Assembly: GCA_018054915.1 (NCBI GenBank)
Contig: JAGPIR010000001.1
Location: 1 to 32,762 of the forward strand
Direction: 5' to 3'
DNA length: 32,762 nt
DNA from: Brachymonas sp.
Lineage (GTDB): Bacteria > Pseudomonadota > Gammaproteobacteria > Burkholderiales > Burkholderiaceae_C
The notes under the pieces were generated by a model that worked only from the letters and a program-made list of their open reading frames with translations, made no database searches and was not told the origin of the DNA. The position numbers were made by a program, and so were the translations under genes. Of this stretch, positions 18,219 to 25,814 are shown one piece after another. Positions within the stretch are counted from its first letter, which is position 1; each line of letters begins with the position of its first letter.

Positions 18219-19856
18219 ATGCATGTCTTCTCCTTTCCTGCGCCGTTGCTGGTGCAGCACTCCGAATGTTCGCAGCATCGGTTGCCCTTGCATACAGCGC
18301 AAAATACCCGCATGCTTGAACGGCAAACCAGCCGGTGCCTGCCGCCGCAAGCGTTGATGCAACGGGCGGGTCTGGCAGTGGCCCGTGTTGCCTTGGCGGT
18401 GGCACCACATGCCCGCTCCATCTGGGTGGCCTGCGGCCCCGGCAATAACGGCGGCGATGGTCTGCAGGCCGCCGCGTTTCTGCAGCAATGGGGCAAAACC
18501 GTACAGGTCACTCTACTAACCGACCCCGAGCAACTGCCAGCCGATGCACGCCATGCCTACGCCCAAGCAATGCAGGCGGGTGTGACTCTGACCAGCCGAT
18601 CGCCAGATTTGACTGACCAGGACCTGTGCATCGATGCCTTACTGGGCATTGGCGCCAGCCGGGCTCCAGATGCCGAGATGCTGGCCTGTATCAGGGCCAT
18701 GCAGACCAGTCAGGCTCCAACTCTCGCCGTCGACCTGCCGACCGGCCTGCATGCCGATACCGGATCATGGCTCCCAGGAGCAACGGCGCAAGCTTGTGTG
18801 CACGCCCGGCATACCGTGACATTGCTGACGCTCAAACCAGGGCTGTTTACTGGTCACGGACGCGATGCTGCCGGCACCGTCTGGTGGGACGATCTGGGGG
18901 TACCAATATCCACCATCACTACTGCAGACCTCTGGCTGCAAGGTGCCAGCGGGGGATTGCACGATGTGGACCTGTTGCCGCAGGAGTTGCCCGCTCACGC
19001 CAGCCACAAGGGTAACTTCGGTGATGTCTGCGTCATTGGCGGGGATGCTGGCATGCAAGGCGCAGCGTTGCTGGCTGGTGAAGCAGCGCTGTACAGTGGC
19101 GCCGGACGGGTTTATGTAGGGTTGCTACAGACAGGAACGCTTTCCCACGATGCCGGTCTCATGGTGCGTCATCTGGCAGACGCCGACACCCTGAATGCGC
19201 TGACCTGCAAGAATGCCACCACGGTGTGCGGCTGTGGAGGGGGGCAAGCCATTGCGCAATGGCTACCCGCTTTGCTGCAACACTGCCCGCGTCTGGTAAT
19301 GGATGCAGATGCGCTCAACGCCGTAGCCGCCAGTACGCAGTTGCAGGGGATGTTGCGCCAGCGTGCGGCGGATGGCATGGTGACAGTTTTGACACCACAC
19401 CCGCTGGAAGCCGCTCGTCTGCTGGGCTGTCATTCAGCCGAGATCCAGCAGGATCGCATGGCCGCCGCCAATGCCCTGGCCAGCAAATACCAATGCATGG
19501 TTGTACTCAAGGGCTCTGGGAGCATTTGTGTCCTGCCGCACATATTACCCGTGGCACACCAAAATCAGGGAACCGGCGCCGTGATCAATTTTTCCGGAAA
19601 TGCCAGGCTGGCCACGCCGGGAACCGGCGATGTTCTGGCCGGGTGCATGGGCGCCTATTGGGCACAAGCCCACGCAAAGGTTCCCGGAAACACGCCAGAA
19701 TCGGCATGGAAAACGGCCTGGCGCGCCTGTTGCTCCGCCGTTCATGCCCATGGCCGAATGGCCGATATCTGGAACGAACACGAACCAGTCATGCAAGGCG
19801 CCCTGTCGGCACAGCGTCTGGCACAGGGCTTGCATCGCCCCAATCCTGCAATCTAG
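18219..19856 (+). CDS. nnr: Bifunctional NAD(P)H-hydrate epimerase/dehydratase (YjeF)
   Basis: LMQRAG, CGPGNNGGDG, DALLGIG, AVDLPTG, HKGNFG, DADALN, LTPHPLEAARL and GTGDVLAG motifs; start uncertain. Confidence 0.93.
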   Translation: MHVFSFPAPLLVQHSECSQHRLPLHTAQNTRMLERQTSRCLPPQALMQRAGLAVARVALAVAPHARSIWVACGPGNNGGDGLQAAAFLQQWGKTVQVTLLTDPEQLPADARHAYAQAMQAGVTLTSRSPDLTDQDLCIDALLGIGASRAPDAEMLACIRAMQTSQAPTLAVDLPTGLHADTGSWLPGATAQACVHARHTVTLLTLKPGLFTGHGRDAAGTVWWDDLGVPISTITTADLWLQGASGGLHDVDLLPQELPAHASHKGNFGDVCVIGGDAGMQGAALLAGEAALYSGAGRVYVGLLQTGTLSHDAGLMVRHLADADTLNALTCKNATTVCGCGGGQAIAQWLPALLQHCPRLVMDADALNAVAASTQLQGMLRQRAADGMVTVLTPHPLEAARLLGCHSAEIQQDRMAAANALASKYQCMVVLKGSGSICVLPHILPVAHQNQGTGAVINFSGNARLATPGTGDVLAGCMGAYWAQAHAKVPGNTPESAWKTAWRACCSAVHAHGRMADIWNEHEPVMQGALSAQRLAQGLHRPNPAI

Positions 19857-19890
19857 AAAAACCTAAAAAACCAGAAAATGGTGCAAAGGT

Positions 19891-19896
19891 CATAAT
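19891..19896 (+). promoter_or_regulatory. Candidate -10 box (CATAAT) for yciB-bolA-PPIase
   Basis: CATAAT 33 nt upstream of the yciB ATG in an A-rich intergenic gap. Confidence 0.4.
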
Positions 19897-19929
19897 CGCG
19901 TTCAACCTTTGTCCCCGTCTGCACACTCC

Positions 19930-20472
19930 ATGAAACAATTGCTCGAATTCATTCCCTTGGTGCTTTTCGTCCTCGCATACCGAATCAAGGGGATCTATTT
20001 CGCCACTGGTGTCCTGATGGCGGCCACCATCGTTCAAATGGCCATCCTCTATGCGGCCGACAAAAAGCTCAGCCCCATGCACAAGGTAACGCTGACGCTG
20101 ATTCTGCTGTTTGGATGCCTGACACTGCTGTTGCGCGACGAGCGGTTCATCAAATGGAAACCGACCGTGCTGTATGCCGCCATGGCGCTGGCCTTGGCCG
20201 TTGCCCTGTGGGGCATGAAAAAGAACATGCTGCGCATCATGCTGGGCAGCCAGCTCGTTCTTCCCGTCAATGTGTGGCACAACTTGGCAATTGCCTGGAT
20301 GGGCTACTGCCTGTTCATGGCGGCGCTCAATGCCTGCATGGTTCTGTATTTCAGCACCGATGAGTGGATGAACTTCAAGCTGTGGGGCTTTGTATTTCCG
20401 CTGGTTTTCCTGACAGTCCAGGGCATCTACATTGCTCGCTATCTAAAAGACAGCAGCTCTTCGCAACCTTGA
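19930..20472 (+). CDS. yciB: Inner membrane protein YciB (intracellular septation protein A)
   Basis: MKQLLEFIPLVLF start, FIKWKPTVLY and WMNFKLWG motifs. Confidence 0.93.
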   Translation: MKQLLEFIPLVLFVLAYRIKGIYFATGVLMAATIVQMAILYAADKKLSPMHKVTLTLILLFGCLTLLLRDERFIKWKPTVLYAAMALALAVALWGMKKNMLRIMLGSQLVLPVNVWHNLAIAWMGYCLFMAALNACMVLYFSTDEWMNFKLWGFVFPLVFLTVQGIYIARYLKDSSSSQP

Positions 20473-20490
20473 AAAACGGAAACCCGTGCC

Positions 20491-20778
20491 ATGAACTCCA
20501 TGACCCGCCAGCCTGCAACAGCCGCCGAATTGCAAGCCGCCCTGCAAACGGCATTGCACCCCTTTGAATTGCAGGTTCTTGACGAAAGCGGCCAGCATAT
20601 TGGCCATGCGGGCGCCAATGGCCTGGGCTACGGCACGCATTTCCGGGTACGCATTGCAGCCCCGTCCTTTACAAACAGGCCGTGCGTAGCCTGCCATCGC
20701 CTTGTGTATGATGCCTTGCAGCCTTTTTTTCAGCACCGTGGGGTGCATGCGCTGGCAATTGAAATTGCCAATAATTGA
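20491..20778 (+). CDS. bolA: BolA-family protein
   Basis: DESGQHIGHAG, THFRVRI, HRLVYDAL and GVHALAI motifs; yciB-bolA-PPIase context. Confidence 0.92.
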   Translation: MNSMTRQPATAAELQAALQTALHPFELQVLDESGQHIGHAGANGLGYGTHFRVRIAAPSFTNRPCVACHRLVYDALQPFFQHRGVHALAIEIANN

Positions 20779-20797
20779 CTATTACGAAAACCGAACC

Positions 20798-21625
20798 ATG
20801 AACCGAATCCTGGCCCGATCACTCCTGGCACTTTCAGTCATCACCATCCTGAGCCCTGCAACCACCGCGTTTGCGCAGAATATTGCAGTGGTCAATGGCA
20901 AACCCATTCCCAAGGCGCGTCTGCAGGCAATGATGGCGCAATTCAAGGAAGAATCTGCGCGAAACGGCCAGCCCTTGCCGCCCAATCTCGAATCACAGAT
21001 TCGCAACCATCTCATCAAGGAAGCCATCGTCGTCCAGCAAGCGGAGCGCCAGAAGCTGCACCTCACCTCCGAATATGCCGGCAAACTGGCCACAGCCCGC
21101 AGCGCCATTCTGGCTGCCATGCTGTTTGAGCAATACAAAAAGGACCATCCCATCAGCGATGTCATGGCCAAGGCTGAATACGACCGGATTATTGCCAGCA
21201 TGCCCAGTCCCGCCGCCGGTGCCCTGGAGTACCATGCCCGGCACATTCTGGTAAAAACTGCCGCTGAAGCCCGCCTGGTGCAGACCGAGCTGGCAGCCGG
21301 AGGCGCATTCGATGCCGTAGCGGCCAAACATTCGATTGATACCGGCTCCGCCAGCCGCGGAGGCGACCTGGGTTGGGCTCCGGCACAAGCTTATGTCGCC
21401 GAATTTGCCAGCGCTCTGCAAAAACTCAAGAAGGGCCAAACCACGGCAACCCCGATCAAAACCCAGTTCGGCTACCACATCATCCGGCTGGATGACATGC
21501 GCAGGCCTCAACCACCTGCATTTGAAATCGTCAAGGAACAGATCAAGCAGCAAATGCAAACAGGACAAACGGCAGAATTCGAGCGTTACCTGTCAGACCT
21601 GGAAAGCAAGGCCAAAATCGAATAA
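20798..21625 (+). CDS. Exported PpiC/parvulin-type peptidyl-prolyl isomerase
   Basis: Signal peptide (AFA-Q), AVVNGKPI, YHARHILV, SIDTGS..GGDLGW and TQFGYHII motifs. Confidence 0.93.
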   Translation: MNRILARSLLALSVITILSPATTAFAQNIAVVNGKPIPKARLQAMMAQFKEESARNGQPLPPNLESQIRNHLIKEAIVVQQAERQKLHLTSEYAGKLATARSAILAAMLFEQYKKDHPISDVMAKAEYDRIIASMPSPAAGALEYHARHILVKTAAEARLVQTELAAGGAFDAVAAKHSIDTGSASRGGDLGWAPAQAYVAEFASALQKLKKGQTTATPIKTQFGYHIIRLDDMRRPQPPAFEIVKEQIKQQMQTGQTAEFERYLSDLESKAKIE

Positions 21626-21639
21626 CCCCGGCTGCCTGC

Positions 21640-21670
21640 GACGTTGGCCCTGCTTCGGTGCTCCAACGTC
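21640..21670. terminator. Hairpin between convergent genes
   Basis: 8-bp stem GACGTTGG...CCAACGTC between the PPIase and membrane-protein stops; U-tracts are weak. Confidence 0.4.
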
Positions 21671-21680
21671 TTCGCTGCAT

Positions 21681-21989
21681 TTATCTGGCAGATGATTTTT
21701 CGTCATTCGAGCGAGAAACGGTCCGCCAGAAAAAACAGGCCTGCACTATGCCCAGCACCAGCACCAGCGCAACATACGTCAGCATCTTGCCATCGCGCTG
21801 GAACACTAAAAGGCCCAGCACCAGCACGGCGACCCCGCTGCCAAACAGCCACAGCCAATGACGCCGCCAGCTAACCCGCTGGGGCTGCCGCTTGTAGAGC
21901 ATCCGGTGCACGGCCACGATGAGCGTGGCCATCCAGAAGGCGGGCAACATAAAATTGACCAGATGGCCGAAAAAAACAAAGATTTCCAT
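21681..21989 (-). CDS. Small membrane protein with about 3 TM segments, divergent from hemA
   Basis: GAGG SD, hydrophobic segments, HLVNF and RDGKMLTY motifs; fills the gap between annotated genes. Confidence 0.8.
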   Translation of the reverse strand: MEIFVFFGHLVNFMLPAFWMATLIVAVHRMLYKRQPQRVSWRRHWLWLFGSGVAVLVLGLLVFQRDGKMLTYVALVLVLGIVQACFFWRTVSRSNDEKSSAR

Positions 21990-22071
21990 GCTGCCTCAAA
22001 TCATTACACGTATTTTCATGGGAACAGCCCACGCGTGGCGCAATACCGCCACTGTACAAGCGTTGTAATTT

Positions 22072-22077
22072 TATAAT
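22072..22077 (+). promoter_or_regulatory. Candidate -10 box (TATAAT) of the hemA-prfA operon
   Basis: Perfect TATAAT 9 nt before the hemA ATG. Confidence 0.6.
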
Positions 22078-22086
22078 CGCGCCGCT

Positions 22087-23361
22087 ATGCCAGTATGGAC
22101 CCTGGGCCTGAACCATCGTACGGCCCCAATTGATTTGCGAGGCCGTTTTGCCTTTGCGCCCGAGCAGGTGGAACCTGCCCTGCACAGGTTGCGCCGCCAT
22201 TTTGTCCAGCACCCGGAAGCGGCCATCCTTTCCACTTGCAACCGCACCGAAATCTACTGCGCCAGCGAACAACCAGCTTTTGACAATGCCTTGCACTGGT
22301 TGGCACAGCACGGCCAGGTGCCTGTTTCCGCCCTGCACGAACATACTTATACCTTGCGGGATGACGGTTCTGCACGGCATGCCTTCCGCGTGGCCAGCGG
22401 GCTGGATTCAATGGTGCTGGGTGAGCCACAGATTTTGGGGCAAATGAAGAACGCCGCACGCGCCGCCCAGGCGGCCGGCAGCATGGGAACCATGCTCAAC
22501 CAGCTGTTCCAGCGAAGTTTTTCCGTTGCCAAGGAAGTGCGCAACAGCACAGCCATCGGATCACACAGCATCAGCATGGCCGCATCCGTGGTCAAACTGG
22601 CCGCGCAGCATATTGGCGATCTGCGACAGGCGAGCATCTTATTTGTCGGCGCGGGTGAAATGATCGCCCTGGCCTGCACGCATTTTTCGGCGCAATCCCC
22701 ACGCCAGATCACCATCGCCAATCGCCACTGCGAACGTGGTGCCGCGCTTGCTGTACGCGCAGGCGGCAACACTATGCCGCTGGCTGAATTGCCCCAATGC
22801 CTGCACACCTTCGATGTGGTGGTGAGTTGCACGGCCAGCACCCTGCCCTTAATCGGCCTGGGCGCCATGGAGCGCGCCGTGCGCAAGCGCGAAGGACGAC
22901 CCATGCTGTTGATCGATCTGGCAGTACCGCGCGACATCGAACCCGAAGTCGGTGACCTGTCCGGTGTACACCTGTACACCGTGGACGACCTGGCAACCCT
23001 GGTGCAATCCGGTCACGCCAGCCGCCAAGCCGCCGTGGCACAGGCCGAGACCATCATCGACAACGGCGTGCGCCGCTTCATGCGTTGGCTGCATCAGCGT
23101 GATCCGCAAGAAGGCGCCGTTGCGCTGATTTGCCAGATCCGCCAGCAAGCTGATGCCTGGCGTTTGCAGGAAGTGGCCCACGCCCGCAAACAGCTTACCC
23201 GTGGAGAGCCCGTGGATGCGGTGTTGGAAAATCTGTCCAGGCGGCTAAACAACAAGATGTTGCATGGCGCACTGGCCGAGTTGCATGTTCCCGATGAGGA
23301 CAGTCAGGCGCAAATAGCCCGGATGTTGCAGCGAATCTATCTACGTCGTAATCGGAGCTAG
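22087..23361 (+). CDS. hemA: Glutamyl-tRNA reductase
   Basis: GLNHRTAP, LSTCNRTEIY, SGLDSMVLGEPQILGQ, GAGEM and DLAVPRDI motifs; stop codon TAG. Confidence 0.97.
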   Translation: MPVWTLGLNHRTAPIDLRGRFAFAPEQVEPALHRLRRHFVQHPEAAILSTCNRTEIYCASEQPAFDNALHWLAQHGQVPVSALHEHTYTLRDDGSARHAFRVASGLDSMVLGEPQILGQMKNAARAAQAAGSMGTMLNQLFQRSFSVAKEVRNSTAIGSHSISMAASVVKLAAQHIGDLRQASILFVGAGEMIALACTHFSAQSPRQITIANRHCERGAALAVRAGGNTMPLAELPQCLHTFDVVVSCTASTLPLIGLGAMERAVRKREGRPMLLIDLAVPRDIEPEVGDLSGVHLYTVDDLATLVQSGHASRQAAVAQAETIIDNGVRRFMRWLHQRDPQEGAVALICQIRQQADAWRLQEVAHARKQLTRGEPVDAVLENLSRRLNNKMLHGALAELHVPDEDSQAQIARMLQRIYLRRNRS

Positions 23362-23556
23362 GGCGTGTCACAGCTGCTTTTGTGTCTGCGCCCCGGTTTG
23401 GAAACAGTGTTTGTTCCTGCTTCCAGCCTGCATGCTTGCAAAAAAACTGCACCCCTCACTGGCCTATTGCGCCAACGGCGTCCCGATTGGCGCCGTACCC
23501 AGCTAATCTTGTCTTTCTGCACCCCTCCTAAGCCGTCCATTGCCTTTTTTCCATGA
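23362..23556 (+). other. In-frame open extension after the hemA amber codon, ending in TGA that overlaps the prfA ATG
   Basis: GGC plus track ORF 23365..23556 is in the hemA frame (offset 1278 = 426 codons), with no stop until TGA at 23554-23556. Confidence 0.55.
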
Positions 23557-24656
23557 AGCCTTTCCTCCGCACCCAACTCGTCCGTTACGCCGACCGCCTG
23601 CACGAACTGGACTTTCTGCTCAGCCGGGAGGACATCATGCAGGACATGGACAAGTTTATGGCCCTGTCGCGCGAACACAATGATGTGACCCAGATTGCTG
23701 GACGCTGGCAGCGCTACCAGCAGGTGGAACGCGACATTGCTGGCGCACGTGACATGCTGGCCGACCCCGACATGACGGACATGGCACAGGAAGAAATCAT
23801 CGGTGGCGAGGAGGAGCTGACAAAACTGGAAGACGAACTGCAGCGCCTGCTGCTGCCCAAAGATCCGGACGAAACACGTCCCGCATTTGTGGAAATCCGC
23901 GCTGGCACGGGTGGCGATGAATCGGCACTGTTTGCAGGTGATTTGGCTCGCATGTACACACGGTATGCCGAAGCCCAAGGCTGGCGCGTGGAGACCTTGA
24001 GCGAAAGTCCGGCCGAACTGGGTGGCTACAAGGAAATCGTGCTGCGCATCGAAGGACCGGACAGCACCGACACCCACACCGGGGTATACGGCACGCTGAT
24101 GTTCGAGTCCGGCGGGCACCGTGTGCAGCGCGTTCCCGCAACCGAAGCGCAGGGCCGCGTGCACACCAGCGCCTGCACCGTGGCGGTGATGCCCGAACCG
24201 GATGCGACCCAGGCCATCACACTCAATCCGGCCGATTTGCGCATCGACACCTTCCGCGCCAGCGGCGCGGGCGGCCAGCATATCAACAAGACCGATTCAG
24301 CCGTGCGCATCGTGCACCTGCCCACCGGCATCGTCGCCGAATGCCAGGACGGACGCAGCCAGCACAGCAACAAGGCCAAGGCCCTGCAGGTGCTGCAGGC
24401 ACGCATCCAGGAAAAAGACCGCAGCGAAAAGGCTGCGAAAGAGGCCGCCACCCGCAAGGGACTGGTCGGGTCCGGCGACCGCTCAGATCGCATCCGCACC
24501 TACAATTTTCCGCAAGGACGTCTGACCGACCACCGGATCAACCTGACGCTGTACAAGCTTGACCGGGTTATGGAAGGCGATCTAGGGGAAGTCCTGCGGG
24601 CATTGCGCCACGCACGCGAGGCCGAACAACTCAAAGAGCTCGAAATCAACGGCTGA
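23553..24656 (+). CDS. prfA: Peptide chain release factor 1
   Basis: [16 protein letters not shown] (RF1 PxT motif), [13 protein letters not shown] and RTYNFPQGR; stop codon TGA. Confidence 0.98.
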   Translation: MKPFLRTQLVRYADRLHELDFLLSREDIMQDMDKFMALSREHNDVTQIAGRWQRYQQVERDIAGARDMLADPDMTDMAQEEIIGGEEELTKLEDELQRLLLPKDPDETRPAFVEIRAGTGGDESALFAGDLARMYTRYAEAQGWRVETLSESPAELGGYKEIVLRIEGPDSTDTHTGVYGTLMFESGGHRVQRVPATEAQGRVHTSACTVAVMPEPDATQAITLNPADLRIDTFRASGAGGQHINKTDSAVRIVHLPTGIVAECQDGRSQHSNKAKALQVLQARIQEKDRSEKAAKEAATRKGLVGSGDRSDRIRTYNFPQGRLTDHRINLTLYKLDRVMEGDLGEVLRALRHAREAEQLKELEING

Positions 24657-25383
24657 ACCGACCCGCAGAATACGGCCTTTGCGGTAATTGCCGGGTTTGC
24701 GTGGCTTGCTGTGATGCACCAGACAGGATTTCCGGTATTTCGTGCAGCCCATGCACCACAACACTTGCGCCGGCCGCCTGCAAATCTGCCCCGGTAACAA
24801 CTGGGTTGCCTGGCAGACACAGACCAATTACCGTCGCGCCTGCTGCCATACCAGCGCACACACCTGTGACGGTATCTTCAATGACGAAGCACGATAGCGG
24901 CTTAACCTGTAAGGTATGCATAGCTGCCAGGTAGACGTCTGGCGCCGGTTTGTTGTGCGGCATTTCATGCCCGCTGAAAATGCGCGTGTCAAACCACTGC
25001 TGCAGTCCGGTTTTTTCAAGCTGCATGCAAACCTTGGCACGATCTGCGCCGGAAACGCAGGCAATCCGCCCGTCTGTCAAGGCATGTGCGTGCGCCACCA
25101 CGGCGGCGGCTCCTGGTACGCTTTGCAAACAGTTGCGCAATACCTTGTCCCGTTCAGCCCAGAAATAGTCCAGCCAGGCTTGCGTCAAGGGCTGTCCGGT
25201 GCGCGCCTCGATCAGGGTCGCCTCATCACGAGTGGCCTTGCCGACGAAACGACGCATGCACTCCGTCAATGGCATGTCCCATCCCCGCGCAGACAGCAAG
25301 TCGCGCAGCACCCGCATGGTCAGCGGCTCACTGTCCACCAGCACGCCATCGCAATCAAATAGTACGGCCTGGGGTGTACTCAT
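24646..25383 (-). CDS. HAD-superfamily (IA) phosphatase
   Basis: [21 protein letters not shown] and VIEDT.TG motifs. ATG at 25383 overlaps the ychJ stop (ATGA). Confidence 0.92.
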   Translation of the reverse strand: MSTPQAVLFDCDGVLVDSEPLTMRVLRDLLSARGWDMPLTECMRRFVGKATRDEATLIEARTGQPLTQAWLDYFWAERDKVLRNCLQSVPGAAAVVAHAHALTDGRIACVSGADRAKVCMQLEKTGLQQWFDTRIFSGHEMPHNKPAPDVYLAAMHTLQVKPLSCFVIEDTVTGVCAGMAAGATVIGLCLPGNPVVTGADLQAAGASVVVHGLHEIPEILSGASQQATQTRQLPQRPYSAGRFSR

Positions 25384-25814
25384 ACCTGCGCCTCGCGGTA
25401 CAGCCAGCGCCCCTGTTCCAGTACGAAACGGCTGTGCTCGGCCAATCGATGCACCCGGCCATCCAGGCGATAACGCGCAATGAACACCACCTCGGCATGC
25501 GTGGAGCTGATGCGTGTGTGCCGCTCGATTTTCAGGCCCAGCCATTGCACGCCCGCATCCAGCGACAGATCCGCCGGGCAGGTATCGGGATGCCAACTGC
25601 GGCGAAGGTATGCCGCATCGCCCAGCACATAGGCGGTATAGCGCGAACGCATCAGCGCTTCGGCATCCACAGCGAATTGCTTGCCCTGCAACAAGGGGCC
25701 ACAGCATTCGCCAAAAGTCACCGCACGGCTGCGTCCTTTGCTTGCAGATCCGCTGCGTCCACAGGGACACGGCTGCGTGTCGGCCCGCAAATCAGTTTTG
25801 CATACTGCTTGCAT
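25380..25814 (-). CDS. ychJ: YchJ-family (SEC-C + NTF2-like) protein
   Basis: PCPCG...ECCGP, AEALMRSRYTAY, SWHPDT, WLGL and E.SRF...GRWLY motifs. Confidence 0.92.
   Translation of the reverse strand: MQAVCKTDLRADTQPCPCGRSGSASKGRSRAVTFGECCGPLLQGKQFAVDAEALMRSRYTAYVLGDAAYLRRSWHPDTCPADLSLDAGVQWLGLKIERHTRISSTHAEVVFIARYRLDGRVHRLAEHSRFVLEQGRWLYREAQV

Noticed and set aside
23359-23361. Pyrrolysine insertion at the hemA UAG
   Set aside because: No pyl genes are in the window, the lineage is not known for pyrrolysine, and HemA is complete at the UAG.
23365-23556. Independent 63-aa protein gene
   Set aside because: It has no family features and is better explained as the hemA-frame extension, although re-initiation at the GTG cannot be excluded.
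25384-25770. N-terminal extension of the 374-aa ORF
   Set aside because: It overlaps ychJ in another frame; the HAD domain starts at ATG 25383.
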